Shown here piece after piece: positions 37,270 through 46,689 of a DNA stretch of 64,000 bases; positions within the stretch are counted from its first letter, which is position 1; each line of letters begins with the position of its first letter. The notes beneath the pieces are model-generated. The model was not told the DNA's origin. It saw only the letters and a program-made list of their open reading frames with translations, and made no database searches. The DNA is taken from positions 310,001 to 374,000 of the forward strand of contig NIVC01000296.1 in NCBI GenBank assembly GCA_002269645.1. The letters are read 5' to 3'. Made by a program: the position numbers and the translations under genes. The DNA comes from Macrostomum lignano (taxonomy: Eukaryota).

Positions 37270-37430
37270 CCCTTAGCCCTAGCCCTAGCCCTAACATTAG
37301 CCCTAGCCCTAACATTAGCCTTATCCCTATCCCTAACCCTAGCCCTAGTCCTAGCCCTAGTCCTAGACCTAGCCCTAGCCCTAGCCCTAGCCCTAACTTT
37401 AACATGCAATAACCCTAACCCCTACCCTAA
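37270..37430 (+). repeat. Degenerate telomere-like hexamer repeat (CCCTAG/CCCTAA)n
   Basis: CCCTAG, CCCTAA and TCCTAG hexamers; CCCTAA is the complement of TTAGGG. Confidence 0.8.
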
Positions 37431-37924
37431 GCCATATCCGTTGACAAAAATCATTAAGCCCTATAAATCATTGCCCTATGCATTCGCAGTGAAATATTAC
37501 AAAACTACAGCTAGAATGTTGGCAATTCCAAAATATGAGCTACGAAAATAATTTACAACAGTCATGCCGCTGGAACTGCTTGTTGCTATAGCAGGTGAAA
37601 CGCGGAGCCCATTGCAGCTGCCTGGCATTCGAATTGCATTCAATTTTTGTGTCCAAATGTCAAGCTTTCCTAGCCATGATATATCTGCAACACAGCTACA
37701 GCACAGCAAGCAACTCAACAAGCCTCACCTTGGCATCAGTCTTTTGCAGCAATTCAACTGCGAGTGAGAGAAGCATTCGAGCTGGATATCCGTCACTGAG
37801 AGGGCACCTGTTTTTTCCTTCCGAGCCAAATTTGAGGATAAAAATATTGGCGCTAGAGCGAGGCTTTGTTTGATTTTCATTTCTTTCTGACCTTAGGCGT
37901 TACATTGCAAACTCAAGACCAGTA

Positions 37925-40918
37925 ATGGCCGGATTTCGAGCAGTACTGCCTCTGTGTGTGCTGTGCTGCTTGCTAGCTGCAATAGCTGTTGCCTCTGGTG
38001 AGTTTGTAGCTGTTTGCTAGCTGCAATAGCTGTTGCCTCTGTGTGTGCTGTGCTGCTTGCTAGCTGCAATAGCTGTTGCCTCTGGTGAGTTTGTAGCTGC
38101 TTGCTAGCTGCAATAGCTGTTGCCTCTGGTGAGTTTGTAGCTGTTTGCTAGCTGCAATAGCTGTTGCCTCTGTGTGTGCTGTGCTGCTTGCTAGCTGCAA
38201 TAGCTGTTGCCTCTGGTGAGTTTGTAGCTGTTTGCTAGCTGCAATAGCTGTTGCCTCTGGTGAGTTTGTAGCTGTTTGCTAGCTGCAATAGCTGTTGCCT
38301 CTGGTGAGTTTGTAGCTGTTTGCTAGCTGCAATAGCTGTTGCCTCTGGTGAGTTTGTAGCTGTTTGCTAGCTGCAATAGCTGTTGCCTCTGGTGAGTTTG
38401 TAGCTGCTTGCTAGCTGCAATAGCTGTTGCCTCTGGTGAGTTTGTAGCTGCTTGCTAGCTGCAATAGCTGTTGCCTCTGGTGAGTTTGTAGCTGTTTGCT
38501 AGCTGCAATAGCTGTTGCCTCTGGTGAGTTTGTAGCTGTTTGCTAGCTGCAATAGCTGTTGCCTCTGGTGAGTTTGTAGCTGCTTGCTAGCTGCAATAGC
38601 TGTTGCCTCTGGTGAGTTTGTAGCTGTTTGCTAGCTGCAATAGCTGTTGCCTCTGGTGAGTTTGTAGCTGTTTGCTAGCTGCAATAGCTGTTGCCTCTGG
38701 TGAGTTTGTAGCTGTTTGCTAGCTGCAATAGCTGTTGCCTCTGGTGAGTTTGTAGCGTCAATAGTTTCATATGCCTTTTACCTGCACTTCTGATTGCAAC
38801 TAACAATCAGAAGCCAACGAAGTACATTGACAAGTCACTTTGAGATACCACCTTCCTTGCTTTTCAACGTTTTTCCGCAGCCGACGACAAGGGCAACGAC
38901 CGTCAACGCTCGCACAACCGCCTCGAGTTGCGTCAACACAGCCATCGCCGCCCGCACCGGCCCCATCGTCAGCACGATCGCCGCCCGCACCGGCCCCATC
39001 GTCAGCACGATCGCCGCCCGCACCGGCCCCATCGTCAGCACGATCGCCGCCCGCATCGGCCCCATCGTCAGCACGATCGCCGCCCGCACCGGCCCCATCG
39101 TCAGCGCGATCGCCGCCCGCACCGGCCCCATCGCCACCATGGTCACCACCGACGGCATCGGGTCCGCGTTCGCACCGCCTGTCATGGCCGCACCCTGCGT
39201 CTCGGCTGCCGCAACGGCTATAAAATCCGCGTCCTGGACGCCTTCTACGGTCGCTACTCCGCTCGAATCTGTCCGAAGCTTAGGTTCAAGCACGGCCATC
39301 GAAAGTTGGACAGTCGCATTGCGCGCTGCTCCGCTAAAAACAGCCGGAACGAAGCGCGCCGTCTCTGCCAGGGCAAGCGGCGCTGCCGGCTTGAGGCGAG
39401 CAAGAAAATTTTCGGCAAGCCGTGCAGCTCAAAGGAGCGGCCCTACCTGCGCGTCCGGTACACCTGCGTGTTCCGGGCCTGCCGTCGGGTTGTTTTACTC
39501 CAGGCCAAACTTGTGCAGCTCATTGTCCGCTACGGCCGACTAGCCAAGCACAGCTACGGCTACTGGCGAAGGAAGCACTTCCGGCATAGGAAACTCCGGC
39601 TGAAGCGAAAGCTCAACAAATTGAGGCGACGTTTCCGTTTCTGCTTCAAGTGCCGTCGGGGTCAGTTTTCCTACTATGTTCCTGTCTGAGTTCCTGTCTC
39701 ATGAGTAAACTGTTCCTGTCTCATGAGTAAACTGTTCCTGTCTCAGTTCCTGTTCCAAAGGAGGATGTTCCTGTCTCATGAGTAAACTGTTCCTGTCTCA
39801 TGAGTAAACTGTTCCTGTCTCATGAGTAAACTGTTCCTGTCTCATGAGTAAACTGTTCCTGTCTCATGAGTAAACTGTTCCTGTCTCATGAGTAAACTGT
39901 TCCTGTCTCATGAGTAAACTGTTCCTGTCTCAGTTCCTGTTCCAAAGGAGTATGTTCCTGACTCATGAGTAAACTGTTCCTGTCTCAGTTCCTGTTCCAA
40001 AGGAGGATGTTCCTGTCTCATGAGTAAACTGTTCCTGTCTCATGAGTAAACTGTTCCTGTCTCATGAGTAAACTGTTCCTGTCTCAGTTCCTGTTCCAAA
40101 GGAGTCTGTTCCTGTCTCAGTTCCTGTCCATGAGTCTGTTCCTGTCTCAGTTCCTGACCCATAAGTAGGCTGTTTCTGTCTCAGTTCCTGACCCAAGGGA
40201 GTCTGTTCCTGTCTCAGTTCCTGACCCAAGGGAGTCTGTTCCTGTCTCAGTTCCTGACCCAAGGGAGTCTGTTCCTGTCTCAGTTCCTGACCCAAGGGAG
40301 TCTGTTCCTGTCTCAGTTCCTGACCCAAGGGAGTCTGTTCCTGTCTCAGTTCCTGACCCAAGGGAGTCTGTTCCTGTCTCAGTTCCTGACCCAAGGGAGT
40401 CTGTTCCTGTCTCAGTTCCTGACCCAAGGGAGTCTGTTCCTGTCTCAGTTCCTGACCCAAGGGAGTCTGTTCCTGTCTCAGTTCCTGACCCAAGGGAGTC
40501 TGTTCCTGTCTCAGTTCCTGACCCAAGGGAGTCTGTTCCTGTCTCAGTTCCTGACCCAAGGGAGTCTGTTCCTGTCTCAGTTCCTGACCCAAGGGAGTCT
40601 GTTCCTGTCTCAGTTCCTGACCCAAGGGAGTCTGTTCCTGTCTCAGTTCCTGACCCAAGGGAGTCTGTTCCTGTCTCACCAGGCTGCGACAAGATTCGCA
40701 AGCTGCTCTCACGAATCAAACGGGCCGAGAAGCGAATTCAATCGATGCTGAAAAAGCTCAAAGCCAGGAAGAAGACCAATAAGAAGAAGAGCAGCCGGCG
40801 TCACCTGAAGTGGCACGCTGGCCGTTGGTTCCTCAGGCGCAAGTTGGCCTACATGCGGGCGCGCAGACGAATGGTCAAGCGCAAACTTAAACTGTGCAAA
40901 CGCGTTTGTCGCTATTGA
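37925..40918 (+). CDS. Secreted, highly basic His/Arg-rich protein with a degenerate SUEL/rhamnose-binding-lectin domain, about 362 aa
   Basis: Exons 37925-37997, 38881-39660 and 40683-40918 join in phase 1/1. Signal peptide MAGFRAVLPLCVLCCLLAAIAVAS, six RRPHRPHRQHD-type units, a SUEL-type ACHG..LRLGC..G..I.V..A.YGR...C...C...C.GK..C...FG.PC...YL.V.YTC domain, and an R/K-rich tail. Confidence 0.85.
37970..38757 (+). repeat. 44-bp minisatellite made from the exon 1 end plus splice donor of the lectin-domain gene
   Basis: Unit GCTAGCTGCAATAGCTGTTGCCTCTG|GTGAGTTTGTAGCTGTTT, about 18 units; some include a longer exon piece. Confidence 0.95.
39678..40680 (+). repeat. Compound minisatellite (22-bp then 33-bp units sharing GTTCCTGTCTCA) filling intron 2 of the lectin-domain gene
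   Basis: TGTTCCTGTCTCATGAGTAAAC units on the left, GTTCCTGTCTCAGTTCCTGACCCAAGGGAGTCT units on the right, running into the acceptor CACCAG at 40682. Confidence 0.95.
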
Positions 40919-41399
40919 TAGGAAAGCTTGAACAGTAGTCACTGACGAATTTTTGGGGGACACAGTAAATAGTGAGCCTGTTAAACTTTCTATGACTCGA
41001 CGCTCTTATTTAATTATTGATTCGGTGTAATCCAAGTGGTGTCTTTAGCCTGACTTTGCCAGCTTGTCTCTAAACTGAGACAGGCAGCTGTACGAGCTGT
41101 AGTGAGAATTATTGATAAAAGCTTCTGGCCTAGAGGACTGAATGAGCACTGTTATTCTGAAGACTGTTTTACTCCATAAAAACTTGTATTTGGATTGCCA
41201 AATCAGTTTGAAAAAACACAATTTTCTACACTTTTATCTTATATTTGGTGGCGGGATACCATAACGGTCAAAACATTTTTGATTCACAAGAATAATTAAA
41301 TTGAGCAACAGTTTTGCATATGGCTAAAACACCCGAGTTTCCTAGACATCTGTGCTAAATAACTCTATCATCACACTGCCTAGACATTGGACATTCTGT

Positions 41400-41780
41400 A
41401 GACTGTCCCATAGACATTTGTGTCCCATAGATACTGGTGTCCCAAACACTGGTGTCCCATAGACACTGGTGTCCCATAGAAACTGGTATCCCATAGACAC
41501 TGGTGTCCCATAGACACTGGTGTCCCATAGACACTGGTGTCCCATAGACACTGGTGTCCCATAGAAACTGGTATCCCATAGACACTGGTGTCCCATAGAC
41601 ACTGGTATCCCATAGACACTGGTGTCCCATAGACACTGGTATCCCATAGACACTGGTGTCCCATAGACACTGGTGTCCCATAGACACTGGTGTCCCATAG
41701 ACACTGGTGTCCCATAGACACTGGTGTCCCATAGACACTGGTGTCCCATAGACACTGGTGTCCCATAGACACTGGTGGTC
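41400..41780 (+). repeat. 17-bp minisatellite (GTCCCATAGACACTGGT), about 21 copies
   Basis: Tandem copies. Confidence 0.94.
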
Positions 41781-41995
41781 CACAGTGTCCTGGATAGTAC
41801 TGGACTTCTATTCCAAAATCCAGCCCGAATTGGTTTTAAGCCAGCCAATGAGGGTTCGGTTTTCTTGCACATAATATCTCAATTCGGACACGAGATGCAT
41901 GATTTTTAATTCAGCTGGAACGCGGAGTAGGACGCCTGCTACGATCCATAAACTGATAGCTTGACCTGATTCTTATCAGCAGATACTTCGCATCC

Positions 41996-43261
41996 ATGGC
42001 TTTATTCTCGTCTGGAGCCTCTAAGTTTGTGTAAGTTCAATAATCTCTTAGCTTAATAAGCAACGAAACTTAATGCCAAAGACTTAGCGGTCGAAAAAAA
42101 CAACTAGAATATGAGACCGCAGAGCCCTGGGACTGACGCAACAAATGGCTAAGAATATGAGACCGCAGAGCCCTGGGACTGACGCAACAAATGACTAAGA
42201 ATCTGAGACCGCAGAGCCCTGGGACTGACGCAACAAATGACTAAGAATCTGAGACCGCAGAGCCCTGGGACTGACGCAACAAATGACTAAGAATCTGAGA
42301 CCGCAGAGCCCTGGGACTGACGCAACAAATGACTAAGAATCTGAGACCGCAGAGCCCTGGGACTGACGCAACAAATGACTAAGAATCTGAGACCGCAGAG
42401 CCCTGGGACTGACGCAACAAATGACTAAGAATCTGAGACCGCAGAGCCCTGGGACTGACACAACAAATGACTAAGAATCTGAGACCGCAGAGCCCTGGGA
42501 CTGACGCAACAAATGACTAAGAATCTGAGACCGCAGAGCCCTGGGACTGACACAACAAATGACTAAGAATCTGAGACCGCAGAGCCCTGGGACTGACGCA
42601 ACAAATGACTAAGAATCTGAGACCGCAGAGCCCTGGAAGTGGTGCCCCAAATGACCAAGAATCTGAGACCGCAGAGCCCTGGAAGTGGTGCCCCAAATGA
42701 CCAAGAATCTGAGACCGCAGAGCCCTGGAAGTGGTGCCCCAAATGACCAAGAATCTGAGACAGCAGAGCGCTGGGTGCCCCAAATGACCAAGAATCTGAG
42801 ACCGCAGAGCGCTGGGTGCCCCAAATGACCAAGAATCTGAGACCGCAGAGCCCTGGAAGTGGTGCCCCAAATGACCAAGAATCTGAGACAGCAGAGCGCT
42901 GGGTGCCCCAAATGACCAAGAATCTGAGACAGCAGAGCGCTGGGTGCCCCAATAACCTCTGTACAGAGTCGAAAATCTCATTGTTGTAAATGTATCTCTG
43001 CTAAACTGAATTTTCAGTTTCAACTGCGCGCTCTTGTCGCTGCTTGTTGCCATCGCCACCGTCGAGGGGCATGGCGTTGAGGTGACCCCGTGCAGCCAGA
43101 GAGGGGGTCTGGAGAGGGCTGGCCCGGCAGCTTGCCAGAACTGCTGTGTAAGCGAATTCAAAGCCTGCCGGAAGATCCTCGGCTGTTCAGCAAGTGATTG
43201 GAGACGCTCCCGGGCCTGCTGGGAGGTCCGGAAGTACTGCGAATTTCAGTGCGAGGTGTAA
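41996..43261 (+). CDS. Small secreted cysteine-rich peptide precursor, 92 aa
   Basis: Exons 41996-42030 (GT|gtaagt) and 43018-43261 (ttttcag|T) join in phase 2: MALFSSGASKFVFNCALLSLLVAIATVEG followed by HGVEVTPC...CQNCC...C...C...C...C...CEV*. Confidence 0.8.
42098..42952 (+). repeat. 46/41-bp minisatellite with three unit subtypes, intronic
   Basis: Constant AAATGACYAAGAATCTGAGAC(C/A)GCAGAGC plus a switching core (CCTGGGACTGACGCAAC, CCTGGAAGTGGTGCCCC or GCTGGGTGCCCC). Confidence 0.95.
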
Positions 43262-43669
43262 GCATCAGCCGAAATACGGACTGATCCTCACTCGCAGAGA
43301 CGCTTCATTTGAAGTTCGAATGCTAAGCCATGGCCGGTTAACACGCTGGACACATCCTGCGAGGAATCGAATACAAACAGTTTAGCTCCTGCTTTCAGCA
43401 TTCAAAAGTAAAATAAAGTCTTGAAATTTAAACCACTAACAGAAATTTCTCTTTATTGATCGTTTAGTTGCATTTTTTCGATTGAAAACCCATGATCGAT
43501 TGAAGCGAATTTCGATATCTCACCTGCTGAACTTCCAAATTAACCAAGTTTTTGGATAGCGGCAACACTAAAGGTACAGTTGGAATTGCAATTCACATTT
43601 TCGGGACATTTCGAGATTCGAGAAAATGCTTCAAGATGTACGAGTACACTGTAACTTGAATATGTACAC

Positions 43670-43955
43670 AATAATAATAATTGATTACACCTACCCCGAT
43701 TGGGCCAGATGTGCAACCGACAGCTCAGCCGCAGCTATTGCTCGGCGCATCTGAAGGCTGCGTACGGCGCTGTTCAGTCTATGGAACACCCTAGCTAATG
43801 CTGGTAACCACTTTACCGCTAGGTACTGAACTGAAGCAATTATTCAGAGAGTTTGTCTTGCTTAAGAACACAAATTGTTCCAGGGAAATCGGGAATCCAA
43901 CCCCCCGACCTTCATGTCGTGAGTCCGACGCTCAAACCACTAGGCTACAACCCCC
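43670..43955 (-). mobile_element. tRNA-derived SINE, family B
   Basis: Minus strand begins GGGGGTTGTAGCCTAGTGGTTTGAGCGTCGGACTCACGAC...GGTTGGATTCCC (A- and B-box, degenerate cloverleaf), continues TGTGTTCTTAAGCAAGACA and ends in an (ATT)n tail near 43672-43683. Confidence 0.7.
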
Positions 43956-44451
43956 ACCCTATTCGGGGAGATTGTGTATGTACATGTACGAGTATACATG
44001 TAGCGCGGAGGGTTGGGAACCATACAGATGCGTTGGCAGGGTTGGCACGCGCACGCTAACACTGTGTACATGTACGTGAGAAAAACAGAGTACAATCAAT
44101 AGCGCCGCACAATATAGCCACGGATGTGAGAAATACTGTAGCGGATCGAGATCCGAACATTTTGAATTCATTTCGCGGCACAATGACAATATTTTCAAAA
44201 AAATATTTTTTTAAAATATTCATAAAGGTATTTCCGCTTTATTGCTTGATTTGTGTAAAAATTTTGGATGCGTTTTATCCTTAGAAGGGTTGTCGGTTGT
44301 CGGATGCTCACAGACTACCTTAACCTTTACACTTAACATTTATGTACACTTTACAACGATAAGAATAAATTTTGAGTCGGATGAAAATAAAGCTACGTGT
44401 CATTACATGTAGCTTTACATGTTACAACTTCGACGGTATACATGTCAGAGT

Positions 44452-44487
44452 CAAGGACCACTAGAAGTTACGTTCTAGTGGTCCTTG
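44452..44487. mobile_element. 36-bp palindromic mini-element with 15-bp perfect terminal inverted repeats and 8-bp TSD
   Basis: CAAGGACCACTAGAA-GTTACG-TTCTAGTGGTCCTTG flanked by GTCAGAGT at 44444-44451 and 44488-44495. Confidence 0.75.
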
Positions 44488-45629
44488 GTCAGAGTATACC
44501 GAAGTTGGTTAGTAGTAAAGTAAAGAATAAAAAGTGAAGCAATTAAATAATTTTTTCTTGGTCTGATCAAGAACGACGCTGTGAAAAACATTCAACTAAT
44601 GTTCGATTTGACCCATGCACATTAGCCATCAATCGCGTTTTTTGTAACAGAGCACCTCAAAAAGTAAATAAAAAATACAGAAAAGAGTCATTTTCGTCTT
44701 GTGAAAATATTTTTCAATTTAGACAAATAATGTCAAAAAATAATATAATCATCAATAATAATAGTCGTTTTTGTTTTACCTTTTCCTATTTAATTTTTAT
44801 TGTTCTGGTTTGTCCATTTTGTTTGCGAAGGACAGGTTCTGTCATCGACGCAACGGTACGTAAGGTAATGAACTGGGGCCCTGGCCCTATCTCGGATTAT
44901 TTATTTCTAAGCGTGAATTTGCTTGATTAATAATTAATTAAGTTAACATATTAAATATAAATATTTCTTACTAAATCGTAATATCGTTAGGTCAATATTA
45001 GATTTTAAGACACTTTAGTTTTAGAATCCTAGACTAGACTAGATATTGCAGCATTGCCATTACTAGTATCACTAATATAGTCAGGATGGAATATGTTGCA
45101 TATTGCACTTGTTATATGTAAAAAAATGTTGCATTTAAAAGCAAAGCCACTAAACACTATAATAACATTGTCATTAAAGAAAGAACAAGGGTCTATAAAA
45201 TGTATTTTTACATGTTTTATTACAAATGAAAACTGCTTTGAAAAAATTCAAATAGCAAAAAACTGATGCTTTTTATAGGGACTTCAGTGAGATTTTGAAA
45301 GTTTATAATTTATAATTTTAGAGATTTTTATCAAATATCAAAGATAATAACAGGATTACAAAATGATTTACCTATTATTTTTGTTTTGTAATGAAAAGTT
45401 ATAAACATTTTTGTCAAAGATATTTTTTAACTCAAAAATATATTAAAGAATGTAACATAATTTATTAAAATAAGAATTTTTAACTAAATATTTTAGTTAA
45501 AATATTTATTAATGCTTATTAAGTTTACTTTAATATCATTTTTTAGATTTTTTCAGCTTTAATTAAATTGAATATATTTGCATAGGCCTAATAAATTTTT
45601 TTTCTTCATATAGAGTTATACTTATAGCT

Positions 45630-46147
45630 CCATAGTCCAGATCATGCTGGGTGCACGCCCGAACAAAAATTGAATATTCAGAATAATTATAAATGCATGC
45701 CAAAAAAATTAGGGCGCGCCCATTCTCAAAAATACGCCGGTTTTGCAACAATAAATGACCTTTTTACATTGTGACAATAAAAGACCTTTTTTTAAATTTC
45801 ATAATAAAGCCTTATTATTAGATAATTTTTGTTGTTTTTAAGGCTTTTTGGGCAATACTAGGCCTATTTATAGCGGAAAGTTTATACCCGCAAAAATTTG
45901 TTTAAATACTCTTTTACAAGCTGGAAAAAACCGGAAAGCTTGAAATTTGCACCTAAAAATGAACTTTTTTCATCTTTTTTCTACTTTACAATAACTCTTA
46001 TGCATTATTCTATAAAGTACATACCAGGTGTGCACTCATACTTTTTTCTTAGCAATAATGCACGTCAACTGTGCATGCCTAATTTTGGCGTGCAAGGCCA
46101 ATGCACGCCCTAATTTTCAGGCATATACTACATGATCTGGAGTGTGG
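45630..46147. mobile_element. Non-autonomous DNA transposon (MITE), 518 bp, with 8-bp TSD
   Basis: TIRs CCATAGTCCAGATCATG and CATGATCTGGAGTGTGG (2 mismatches); TTATAGCT at 45622-45629 and 46148-46155; subterminal TAGGGCG(C/T)GC motifs; no ORF. Confidence 0.82.
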
Positions 46148-46689
46148 TTATAGCTTTAAAGTTAAGATCATATATTAGAGTAGAATGAATGTATATGATT
46201 TTTATTTTTTTAAGTTCTCTATCTCTGTTTATACTAATCTTAAACTAAATTAAATGGTCTTAAATTATAGAAAACATGTATGGGCCTAGTGTAAAAGGGC
46301 TAAACTTCTGTCTTTAATAATAATCCCATTGTTGCCACCAAAGTTGTCATAGGGTTTTTCTACCTCTAATGATTATATCTTATTAATACCACCAAATTTG
46401 ATGTAGAGTTTCTTCTATCTTAATAAATGATTCTTTACCTATCATTAAAAGTGTAATAAAAGGTTTGTTTTTATCTCTGTAAATGTCTTACAAAGCTATT
46501 ACCAAGTTGTTACTAAGGCAAGGGCTTTAGTTTTCTAACTTGGAATTTGTCTAAGTAATTATCTAAGTTTATGTTTAAATATTAGTCTAAGAATTAATCT
46601 TGGGATAAGTTGTAATATTTATTTAAGTATTATTTTGAGTATTTTTCTGAATATTATTCTAAGCATTAGAAATCCCTTATATTGGCCCT

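Noticed and set aside
42098-42952. CRISPR-like appearance (constant repeat plus variable core)
   Set aside because: The cores are repeated, not unique spacers; the context is a eukaryotic intron with no cas genes. No array in the window has unique spacers.
43882-43955. Possible tRNA-Val(CAC) gene on the minus strand
   Set aside because: The anticodon and acceptor stems pair poorly and it continues into a SINE-like body and tail; treated as a SINE head.
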